A DNA stretch of 64,000 bases, from positions 25,020 to 89,019 of IMG/VR virus record IMGVR_UViG_3300032323_000739; one strand, written 5' to 3'. Both the position numbers and the translations under genes were made by a program. This document shows, piece by piece, positions 47,903-56,365 of the stretch (position 1 is its first letter; each line of letters starts with the position of its first letter). The notes below the pieces were generated by a model. The model ran no database searches. It worked only from the letters and a program-made list of their open reading frames with translations, and was not told the DNA's origin. The stretch comes from a virus.

Positions 47903-48591
47903 CTATTGCATATCTTCCTATTGAAATTGATGTTCAATTACCTGACGAACAAAAAATTATTAATTATGTAAAAAAATATCAATTGCCTACTATGACACAT
48001 TTAAATGGTCCTAGATTTGATCCGTGGATTGGCGCCCCAGTGATGGGTCGTGCAAAGACTGAAGACTGGTACAATCCAGATAAATTTAAAGAAGTATTTT
48101 GTAATAGATTAGTGCCAAACACGGCTCCGGTTGAATATGCTAATAATATAGATAAAGAATTTCCAGAATTAATCTATATGATTAATCAATTACCAATGAA
48201 AGAAATATCAGTAGTTATGATGTTAATGCAGACTACTCAAGTAACAGCACACACTGATAATCAACCCGACGATGTTATTTTAGATCCTGCTTGGGTTAGT
48301 AGAGATACTGAACCAAGAAGATATAATATACAGTTAACAAAACACGGAGTTTCGAGTTTCTTTGTATCCGAAACTAAAACTAGTGAAAAAATATATCCGT
48401 CGATAACAAAAGAAATGCCTTGTTTTTTAAGTTGTGAACAGCATCATTATCATGGCGCCGATTTTGTTGTTGAAGAAAAAATAATGATGTGTGTGTTAGG
48501 TATTGTTGACAAAGAAAGACACCTAAACAATATTAAAAAGAACTTGGAAAAACATCGTGAGCGAGCTATAATATTTCCGGACCCACAATGA
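47899..48591 (+). CDS. Fe/2OG-type oxygenase
   Basis: VTAHTD...EPRRYNI...HGAD...KI. Confidence 0.55.
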   Translation: MTIAYLPIEIDVQLPDEQKIINYVKKYQLPTMTHLNGPRFDPWIGAPVMGRAKTEDWYNPDKFKEVFCNRLVPNTAPVEYANNIDKEFPELIYMINQLPMKEISVVMMLMQTTQVTAHTDNQPDDVILDPAWVSRDTEPRRYNIQLTKHGVSSFFVSETKTSEKIYPSITKEMPCFLSCEQHHYHGADFVVEEKIMMCVLGIVDKERHLNNIKKNLEKHRERAIIFPDPQ

Positions 48592-49637
48592 CATTTTACA
48601 CAGGTAAATTTTTTGAAGTTCAAATAGAAAATAGCAGTATTTGTAACGCTGCCTGCCCTCAGTGTGTTAGAGAAATAACACCTGATGATAAAAGTTGGCT
48701 TCAAGAAACATATTTAGAAACTGACTTTTTTGATTTAATTCCTGACTATGTTTATCAAGAATCGAAAATAATTTTCTTTTGTGGTAACATAGGCGATCCG
48801 TGTGCGGCACCAAACTTTTTAGATGTGTGTAGATTAATTAGAAAAAAGAATCCAGACATAATAATAAAAATTAGCACCAACGGCGGCCTTCGTAGCCCCA
48901 AGTTTTGGAAAGAACTTGCAGAAATAGTAGGCGATCGTAGCGAAGTTATTTTTGCTATAGACGGGCTGGAAGATACTAATCACATATACCGAGTTAATGT
49001 GCGTTGGTCTAATGTTATATCTAATGTACAGGCCTTTGTAGAGGGCGGTGGAAAACCATACTGGCAGTATATAACTTTTAAACACAACCAGCATCAGGTA
49101 GAAGAAGCAAGGGCGTTATCTGAAAAATTAGGATTTCAAAAATTTATAGTTAAACCAAGTCATAGGTTTGCATTAGACGAAGTGCTAGGACGTTCTCGTT
49201 CGGTAGAACCGCCTAGTAATGAATCATTAACACATAAAGTAATTTTACATCGGACTCCTAAAACTCTTAAAGGTATAATGACCGACTCTAATAACAGTTA
49301 TATCGATTGTTATGTACTAAAGAATCAAAGTGTTTATATTGATCATCTAGGCCGAGTATTTCCTTGCTGTTTTTTAGCAGCCGGAGTATATGCTCGACGC
49401 GGCGCAGATATTCGAGACGGTTGGGAAAAGATTTGGAAAGAACACAAAGATAAAATTGATTTAAGAAAAACAGCGTGGCATTCTATAATAGAAGGTAATT
49501 TTTTTACTGATATTAAATCAACATGGGATAAAAACTATGATCATGGCCGCTTGTTTACATGTGCTACAACTTGTTCTTCGTTTGACGATAGGTTAAACGA
49601 TCCTAACGAATTTAATAAAATGATAGAAAATGTCTAA
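48588..49637 (+). CDS. Radical SAM protein with C-terminal SPASM/twitch-like Cys motifs
   Basis: CNAACPQC, CGNIGDP, TNGG, PCCF, CATTC; paralog of 35591..36676. Confidence 0.9.
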   Translation: MTFYTGKFFEVQIENSSICNAACPQCVREITPDDKSWLQETYLETDFFDLIPDYVYQESKIIFFCGNIGDPCAAPNFLDVCRLIRKKNPDIIIKISTNGGLRSPKFWKELAEIVGDRSEVIFAIDGLEDTNHIYRVNVRWSNVISNVQAFVEGGGKPYWQYITFKHNQHQVEEARALSEKLGFQKFIVKPSHRFALDEVLGRSRSVEPPSNESLTHKVILHRTPKTLKGIMTDSNNSYIDCYVLKNQSVYIDHLGRVFPCCFLAAGVYARRGADIRDGWEKIWKEHKDKIDLRKTAWHSIIEGNFFTDIKSTWDKNYDHGRLFTCATTCSSFDDRLNDPNEFNKMIENV

Positions 49638-50976
49638 TAACTTTGAAAATAACTACGAACCTTCTGCATACGATAATTTTATAGTCTATCAACGATTGAA
49701 ACCAAATCAGGAAGACATTATTACATTAGATGGTAAATCTTATCCCTTAACTAACGAATTTTATTTTAAAGGATACTACGATTGGCTTTTAAAAGATTCA
49801 ATGGTTGATCATGATCAAAAACCAATTATGTTTTATAACGGATACGGAAGAATACATCAATTGGAACATTATAAAATTGATGCTTCAACAGTAGAATTTT
49901 TAAATGAAACTGGACTAAATGTATATCTTAATGAAATTTTAATTTTTACTAAAGATAGAAATAAGTTTATACCTACTCCTAAGTTTAATGAGCCGATGCC
50001 ATCATATATGGAACGTGCCTATCATGACAATGAACAATTTTTTGATTCTTCTACAGTAGAAGAAATATTTTGTTATGAATTTGAATCTTTAGAGCTTTTT
50101 GCAAAAAATAACGGATTAACTAATATTAATGTTTTTACTTGTCATTATAATATACGGAATTTTTTTCAACACAAGTATCCTTCTATAAAATTGTTTTGTA
50201 GAAATAGTTTTATATCAGCAGTGGCAGAGTATTCTGGATCATTTAATATTCAAACTCAAATAACTGAAGACTTATCTCAACAAATTGAAAAAAAATTCTT
50301 TTGTGCTAACTGGAGATATGCACCCTATCGGCATATAGTTGCTGCCTATCTCTCTGAAAAATCTTCAGTTATGAGTTGGTTCTATAAAAATACTCCAGAA
50401 GTATTCTTAAAAAATACTTGGTTTAATATGGATCAATGGCCTGACCATTTAAAAACTTCTCTAATTAGTGGAGCAAACACATTAAGTGAGTTATCTCCTA
50501 TGATGTTAGATAAAAAAGTAAACGGCGCAGTATGGCTTGACGGAGAAAAAGATCATTTAAAATATCCTCAAGGAGTTAACAGTTCCCATATTGAAGATTA
50601 TTTAGAAAACTTTTATAAAAAAACCTTTTGTATGATGATTGGAGAAACTAGATATTCCATAACTAGTCCTACACTAAGCGAAAAAGTATTGATGCCACTT
50701 AATGGATTTAAACCTTTTATTCTTATTAGTGCTCCTAGATCGTTAGAATATTTACAAAATCTTGGATTTAAAACTTTTAATCGTTGGTGGGATGAAAGTT
50801 ATGATCTTATAGACGATCACGAAGAACGAATTAAACGTATATTAGAAGTAATAGATTATATTAATAATTTTACCATAGAAGAACTTCGTTTAATGTATAA
50901 AGAAATGCAGGATGTACTGAACCATAATTATAAAATGGTTCGTCAAATACGTCATGATCAGCCTGTATTAGTTTAA
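49630..50976 (+). CDS. Glycosyltransferase-like protein, paralog family X (3 of 4)
   Basis: FFCANWRY; FCMMIGET...SEKV...KPFI...GFKTF..WWDESYD. Confidence 0.5.
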   Translation: MSNNFENNYEPSAYDNFIVYQRLKPNQEDIITLDGKSYPLTNEFYFKGYYDWLLKDSMVDHDQKPIMFYNGYGRIHQLEHYKIDASTVEFLNETGLNVYLNEILIFTKDRNKFIPTPKFNEPMPSYMERAYHDNEQFFDSSTVEEIFCYEFESLELFAKNNGLTNINVFTCHYNIRNFFQHKYPSIKLFCRNSFISAVAEYSGSFNIQTQITEDLSQQIEKKFFCANWRYAPYRHIVAAYLSEKSSVMSWFYKNTPEVFLKNTWFNMDQWPDHLKTSLISGANTLSELSPMMLDKKVNGAVWLDGEKDHLKYPQGVNSSHIEDYLENFYKKTFCMMIGETRYSITSPTLSEKVLMPLNGFKPFILISAPRSLEYLQNLGFKTFNRWWDESYDLIDDHEERIKRILEVIDYINNFTIEELRLMYKEMQDVLNHNYKMVRQIRHDQPVLV

Positions 50977-51001
50977 TTAAAAACACAATATTTCAAATTG
51001 A

Positions 51002-51007
51002 TAAGTA
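51002..51007 (+). promoter_or_regulatory. Putative late-promoter box TAAGTA
   Basis: GATAAGTA in the intergenic gap before 51041. Confidence 0.4.
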
Positions 51008-51040
51008 TAAAAAAGAATTTTAAATTTTACAAAAGAGAAT

Positions 51041-52249
51041 ATGTCTAAATCTTTATGGTGCCCCTTTGCTTTTAGATCAATATCTGCTAAAACAGATGGA
51101 ACACTAACAACCTGCTGTAACGGGTTACCGGTTATTTCTCAAAAGACCGGAAAGCCTATGACTAAACAAACTCATACCTTACAAGAAGCATTTTACAGTG
51201 AGGAGTTTGATAGTATACGTAATAATTTATTAAACAATGTTCGAGACAGTAATTGTGTTCGTTGCTGGGAGATTGAGGACATGGGGGCCGAAAGTCCAAG
51301 ATTGTCAGAAATACGATGGTTTAACGATCAAGTAAAAAGCGGAAATGTTAGAGACTTAGAAGTACTTGATATTGGTCTAGGAAATCAATGTAATCTTAAA
51401 TGTAGAACGTGTGGACCAATTGACAGCAGTCATTGGGTTAGGGAGGCGTATGATTTAGATCTTCCTGATAACACTATTTCTTTTAAAGATTATCAGAAAA
51501 AAACAATCTTCTTAGAACCTACAGATTCTAAATTTTTTAAAAATCTTAAAGAAGATATATTGCCTAAAATTCACGAAGTTCACTTTTTTGGGGGTGAACC
51601 TATGATGATGAAAACAACTTGGGATATAATTCGCGAATGTGTAGATAAAAAATATGCAGAGCGTATGGAACTTAGTTTTAATACAAATTGTACATTTTGG
51701 GATTTAGAAAAAGTTAAACTATTTGATGATTTTAATAGAATAGGTATAGCATTAAGTATTGACGGTCTTGGAAAACGATTTGAATACATGCGGAATCCAG
51801 CCAAATGGGACAACGTCTACACTAATATATTAAAAATAGTAGAGTGGAAAAACCAACGTCCAGACAGTCGAGGATTAATTATGGCATATACTACTAGTGC
51901 GTACAATGTTTGGTATATTCCTGAAGCAATAGAATTTGCAGAAACACATGGCCTTGACTTTTATTTAAATCCAGTTTTTAATCCAAATTTATTTGCTCTT
52001 CAAAATATTCCTAGTGATATAAAAAAAATAATAAAAGAAAAATTGGACAGCAGTGTTCGACCAAACTCTCAAGCATACGATGAAGTTAAAAAACTTACAG
52101 AATATTTGGTTCCTTCAGAACCAAATGAGTTAAGTTGGGAAATGTTTTTAAAAGAAATAAAAATGCGTGACGAATATCGTAATGAAAGTTTTGCAGAAAC
52201 TTTTCCAGAGTATTATCAACTATTAGTAGATCATGGTCAAAGAATTTGA
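51041..52249 (+). CDS. Radical SAM protein with N-terminal twitch-like domain
   Basis: WCPFAF...TCC...CVRC; CNLKCRTC; FGGEP. Confidence 0.9.
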   Translation: MSKSLWCPFAFRSISAKTDGTLTTCCNGLPVISQKTGKPMTKQTHTLQEAFYSEEFDSIRNNLLNNVRDSNCVRCWEIEDMGAESPRLSEIRWFNDQVKSGNVRDLEVLDIGLGNQCNLKCRTCGPIDSSHWVREAYDLDLPDNTISFKDYQKKTIFLEPTDSKFFKNLKEDILPKIHEVHFFGGEPMMMKTTWDIIRECVDKKYAERMELSFNTNCTFWDLEKVKLFDDFNRIGIALSIDGLGKRFEYMRNPAKWDNVYTNILKIVEWKNQRPDSRGLIMAYTTSAYNVWYIPEAIEFAETHGLDFYLNPVFNPNLFALQNIPSDIKKIIKEKLDSSVRPNSQAYDEVKKLTEYLVPSEPNELSWEMFLKEIKMRDEYRNESFAETFPEYYQLLVDHGQRI

Positions 52250-53567
52250 AGAAGATCTTTATTTTTTCTGTGTGTTGTATGAAAATTTAAATCCAGATTC
52301 TATAGAATCTCGTCGACTAATTCTTGAAAACAGCAACGTTTTAAACTATAACGATACAAGATCAAGTTATACTTTTTTTGACTATTACAATGATCATTAT
52401 TGTAATTCTTTTTTAGAAAAATTAAAAATACCGCATCTAATTTATACTGGTTTAGGGTCTATTAAACAATTTGAAACTTTAAACTATGATACTGATACAA
52501 TTGAGCGATTAAATTCAATTGGCCTTCAAATATATCTGTATGAAACTTTAATTTTAGACACAGGTACAAAGAAAAAGTTTTATATGACAGAAAATAAAAC
52601 TTACCCAGGGAATTACATTAACTATCAGATTCAAGATGAATCTTATTATTCTTTTGAGTTAGAAAGTATTAACAATTTTGTTCTAAGAAATAATTTAAAA
52701 AATGTTACAGTTTTTACCTGCGAGGATAATACAAGTAACAAATTTAATAATTATAGTTTTAAAGTAGAGTCTAAAGAAATATTTTTTATTGGTTTGCTAA
52801 AAGAAAGCCAGAGTCGGACTAACGGTTATGAAATAGACTTAACTGTTTTACAAGAGTTTCAGCCAGATTCTATAACTCATAAATTTTGGTCTGGTGCTTG
52901 GAGATATGATACTCATAGACATTTTATTTCTTGCTTTTTAGCAAATAAATCTGCAAAAATCTCTTGGGCATATACTACACCTTTAGAAGAAACACAAAAA
53001 AAGTCTTGGTTTGATTTAAGTAAATGGAAACACACTGAACTAGATATTTTTAATAAATTAAAAACAGGCGATAGCCACTTAGTTAAAAATGCTCCAATAT
53101 GTTTAGATATTCCAATGGAAGCCACCTCGGTTGATTTTGATCAACTATGGACCACTCCGCATAGTGAGGAATTATTTTATCCAAACAGTAATCCTCTACC
53201 CTATAACGAATATTTGTCTTGTTTTTGTGCTGTAGTTACAGAAAGTAATTTTGCACATCCTTTTGCAACATTTACAGAAAAAACAATTAACGCTATTAAA
53301 GCCGGTCGTCCTTTTATTCTTGTTAGTAGTCCAGGCACGCTTGCCTATTTAAAAAAATATGGATTTAAAACCTTTGATGAATTCTGGGATGAAAGTTACG
53401 ATAAAGAAAATAACCACGAACAACGGTTAATAAAAATATTAAAATTAATTGACTACATTGATAGTTTTACTGTAGACGAACTTAAATCTGTCTACAGTAA
53501 AATGTTACCTATCTTAAAACATAACTTTAATTTGCTATTGGAAATTAAACAGCCATTTCTGCTTTAA
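52233..53567 (+). CDS. Glycosyltransferase-like protein, paralog family X (4 of 4)
   Basis: KFWSGAWRY; CFCAVVTES...TEKTINAI...RPFI...GFKTF..FWDESYD. Confidence 0.5.
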   Translation: MVKEFEEDLYFFCVLYENLNPDSIESRRLILENSNVLNYNDTRSSYTFFDYYNDHYCNSFLEKLKIPHLIYTGLGSIKQFETLNYDTDTIERLNSIGLQIYLYETLILDTGTKKKFYMTENKTYPGNYINYQIQDESYYSFELESINNFVLRNNLKNVTVFTCEDNTSNKFNNYSFKVESKEIFFIGLLKESQSRTNGYEIDLTVLQEFQPDSITHKFWSGAWRYDTHRHFISCFLANKSAKISWAYTTPLEETQKKSWFDLSKWKHTELDIFNKLKTGDSHLVKNAPICLDIPMEATSVDFDQLWTTPHSEELFYPNSNPLPYNEYLSCFCAVVTESNFAHPFATFTEKTINAIKAGRPFILVSSPGTLAYLKKYGFKTFDEFWDESYDKENNHEQRLIKILKLIDYIDSFTVDELKSVYSKMLPILKHNFNLLLEIKQPFLL

Positions 53568-54387
53568 TTGTTGGATGAGGATCATATCCTTCTAATACAA
53601 AATCTTCTAGAACATACTCACCTAGTTTTTTATCTACAGTAACAAACAGTGTAGGTAAAGTTCTTTCTTCTCTGCTTAATTGTTCTTTTACAGCGTCTAC
53701 ATGATTTTTGTATATGTGGCAGTCGCCACCAGTCCATATAAATTCACCTACTTTAAGTCCGCACTCGCGAGCAATAATGTGAGTAAGTAAACTATAACTG
53801 GCTATGTTAAAAGGTACACCTAAAAACATATCGCAACTACGCTGATACATCTGACAACTTAGATATCCGTCAGTTACGTCAAATTGGCTTAATACGTGAC
53901 ATGGCGGTAGTGCCATCTGATCTAACTCGCCCGGATTCCATGCTGTCAAGATGTGTCTGCGTCCTGAAGGATCACGCTTAATACCTTCGATCAATCTTTC
54001 AATCTGATCGATATAGTTACCAAGTCTTGGACCCCATTGTCTCCATTGCACTCCGTAAACGCGGCCTAAGTCTCCTTCAAACACTGCATTTGGTTTCCAA
54101 TATTCTGCTTCTGCATTAGCAGTCCAGATAGTTTTCTTTTCTGGATCCCTAGTGCCGTGTAGAATTTCTGCAAGTCTACGTTCGTCGCCACTGCCTTCTA
54201 AAAACCAAAGTAGTTCAGAAACTACTGCCCGCCAGGCAAGTTTTTTAGTAGTAACAGCAGGAAAGCCTTGACGAAGATCAAATCGCATTTGATAACCAAA
54301 TACGGATATTGTACCTACGCCTGTACGATCAGTCTTGTGTTTTCCGTTTTGGAGTATGTGTTCGAGTGCTTGATGATATTGTTTCAT
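53545..54387 (-). CDS. thyA: Thymidylate synthase
   Basis: DRTGVGT, ELLWFL, ALPPCH, YQRSCDMFLGVPFNIASY, HIY.NH. Confidence 0.97.
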   Translation of the reverse strand: MKQYHQALEHILQNGKHKTDRTGVGTISVFGYQMRFDLRQGFPAVTTKKLAWRAVVSELLWFLEGSGDERRLAEILHGTRDPEKKTIWTANAEAEYWKPNAVFEGDLGRVYGVQWRQWGPRLGNYIDQIERLIEGIKRDPSGRRHILTAWNPGELDQMALPPCHVLSQFDVTDGYLSCQMYQRSCDMFLGVPFNIASYSLLTHIIARECGLKVGEFIWTGGDCHIYKNHVDAVKEQLSREERTLPTLFVTVDKKLGEYVLEDFVLEGYDPHPTIKAEMAV

Positions 54388-54862
54388 TTGTATATTCTTC
54401 TACTATGCAGGAACCTAAATTTACTGTGTTGCTTAATTTCATTCCTTGTGTAAATTCTTCAACATTAATGTATGTATCGTGAAGATATTCACCTTTAATT
54501 CTAGTGACATATATTTTGTCTAGTATAGGTCTACTCTGAAGGAGTAAATTTGGACCTCCTATAACAAATATTTTTTTTCTTCGATTATTACTTTTAAGTG
54601 CTTTTAATGCTTCTACTACATCTCCACGCACTTGTTCTACATCATCTCTGTCGAAAAAGTTATTAGTAAAAACTACATTGAATCTTCCAGGTAGAGGTTT
54701 TGGCATATCGGGACTATCCCAAGTACGCTTTCCCATAACAACAATTTGATCCTGAGTCATAGTTTTAAACCATGTCATATCTTCTTTGTTATGAGGCCAC
54801 GACAGTTGTCCTTTAAATCCCATACCCCCTACTTCGTCTACTGCGAATAGTGCCGCTATCAT
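54329..54862 (-). CDS. folA: Dihydrofolate reductase
   Basis: GMG..G.L.W....EDM..FK, VVMGKRTW, PLPGR.NVV, VIGG; adjacent to thyA. Confidence 0.92.
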   Translation of the reverse strand: MIAALFAVDEVGGMGFKGQLSWPHNKEDMTWFKTMTQDQIVVMGKRTWDSPDMPKPLPGRFNVVFTNNFFDRDDVEQVRGDVVEALKALKSNNRRKKIFVIGGPNLLLQSRPILDKIYVTRIKGEYLHDTYINVEEFTQGMKLSNTVNLGSCIVEEYTNETISSSTRTHTPKRKTQD

Positions 54863-55191
54863 TCTTCTTTCTTTTTACGTTTCTTTTTTAGGAATGAAGC
54901 AGTCTGCTTCATCACGTCTTTTTTAACACGGTCAACGTCTAGTCGGAAATCGATATGCTCAATTTCTTCATCATAGTTTGACAGTAGTTCTTGTAAATGC
55001 TCTTCCAGATTATCAGCACCATGAGCTCTAGCATGAGAAGCAATATTAATATCCCAAACTCTACCACCTTTAAAAATTATCCTCATACTGTGAAGATAAT
55101 TTAATGGCACAGCCTTTACATTAATTTCACCAAACACCTCAGGCCATTGTGCTACCACATCTTTCGGTAGCCCTTTGCCTTTTGGTGTCAC
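54859..55191 (-). CDS. Hypothetical protein
   Basis: 110 aa; GTG start; basic C-terminus. Confidence 0.6.
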   Translation of the reverse strand: MTPKGKGLPKDVVAQWPEVFGEINVKAVPLNYLHSMRIIFKGGRVWDINIASHARAHGADNLEEHLQELLSNYDEEIEHIDFRLDVDRVKKDVMKQTASFLKKKRKKKEE

Positions 55192-55808
55192 TCTGCTTTA
55201 ACCGTTGTTTTCTTTTTAGTTGGTGCTAATTCTTCTGCCTGGGCACGAAGTTTAGCGGCTTCTTTGTATAACGCATCTGCTTGGCTACGTAATTGACGAG
55301 CAATATCTTCATCCTTTAACGGTTGATCAGACTTAGTTTCAAATGCAGGTTGCTCAACTGGTTCGCTCTTAGGAGCGGCTACTTCGTCTACACGACCTAC
55401 TTCTTGAATTTTAGTGCTGTTGCCTAGTGCTAGATCATTAACACTGATACCTTGCTGTTCTGCAATTAATTGATTTAACTGATCTAATTTAATTGTAGCC
55501 TGCATACTCGGTGTCATAATAACATCAGATGTTTTTACTTTTGTCAATTTACCTTGCTGATGCAAGAAAGTTAGCATAACTTCTCCACTAGGAAAACGTT
55601 CACGGGACATTGCTTCGGCAAACTCGTAACTATTTTGCCCCGCATTACTTTCCACTAAACGAATTATTGCATCGTGTTGTTCGTCATTTAATGCTTCTGT
55701 TTGAACTACTAGTGCAGAATCGCTTTCACCGGGCAGTGTTCGATATGCTACTAGAACTTTACGTCCTGTAGTGGACAATCTGCCTACATGTTTTAAATTA
55801 TCAGACAT
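55188..55808 (-). CDS. Hypothetical protein
   Basis: 206 aa; C-terminal coiled coil. Confidence 0.65.
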   Translation of the reverse strand: MSDNLKHVGRLSTTGRKVLVAYRTLPGESDSALVVQTEALNDEQHDAIIRLVESNAGQNSYEFAEAMSRERFPSGEVMLTFLHQQGKLTKVKTSDVIMTPSMQATIKLDQLNQLIAEQQGISVNDLALGNSTKIQEVGRVDEVAAPKSEPVEQPAFETKSDQPLKDEDIARQLRSQADALYKEAAKLRAQAEELAPTKKKTTVKAE

Positions 55809-56037
55809 TTTCTTTTTGACCTCCCTGTTTACTCACAGCGTCTAAGAAACCTGATAGTTTGTTATATACAGTTCCAATGGCTTGCATTTCAGCAGGTTTA
55901 AATGCACCACGTTGTGCGGCTACATCAATAATTGCCTTTAGTGCGCCAAGGTCTTGTACTGTGAGATCATAATTAGGTGTTTCTTGTGCAGGAGCCTGTG
56001 TTTGCTCTGCTACTGGTTGATTTAGTTCTTCTGCCAT
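55801..56037 (-). CDS. Hypothetical protein
   Basis: 78 aa; SD AAGGAG. Confidence 0.65.
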   Translation of the reverse strand: MAEELNQPVAEQTQAPAQETPNYDLTVQDLGALKAIIDVAAQRGAFKPAEMQAIGTVYNKLSGFLDAVSKQGGQKENV

Positions 56038-56080
56038 GTCTTACTCCTTCTGATATAATAAGGCACTATTATATATCAGT

Positions 56081-56365
56081 TTAATTTGCAGAGTACTTTA
56101 AATGTGGACAAGCGATTAAAAAGAAACTGGCTTCTTTTGGTTCTTCAAAACCAATTTTAAGTTTGATTTGGTATTGTCCGTTATCCAAAACAAGACTTTC
56201 TCGTACATAAAATCTGTGTCTTAGATTAGTAACGATCCAATCGTGAATAGATTTTATCAAATTATATTTGAGGTCTATATACACATAATGAAAATGGGGA
56301 GGCGGATCTTCAACCTCCCTACAATCCAAAACGTTCAGCGGATTTATTTTATCTACTAGGCTCAC
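56081..56365 (-). CDS. Hypothetical protein
   Basis: 94 aa; GTGA overlap with the upstream gene. Confidence 0.55.
   Translation of the reverse strand: MSLVDKINPLNVLDCREVEDPPPHFHYVYIDLKYNLIKSIHDWIVTNLRHRFYVRESLVLDNGQYQIKLKIGFEEPKEASFFLIACPHLKYSAN

Noticed and set aside
10121-52249. RiPP cluster driven by radical SAM/SPASM maturases
   Set aside because: No precursor-like short ORF, PqqD/RRE domain, leader peptidase or exporter seen; the context is carbohydrate enzymes.
6572-53567. Host chromosomal capsule/O-antigen locus misassembled into the contig
   Set aside because: No flippase, polymerase or export genes; contiguous with phage genes on both sides and shares the TAA(A/G)TA box with structural genes. 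Read-level coverage would be the formal check.
53545-54387. dCMP/dUMP hydroxymethylase for base hypermodification
   Set aside because: Canonical ThyA motifs, including the dUMP-specifying Asn in PFNIASY, and an adjacent DHFR.
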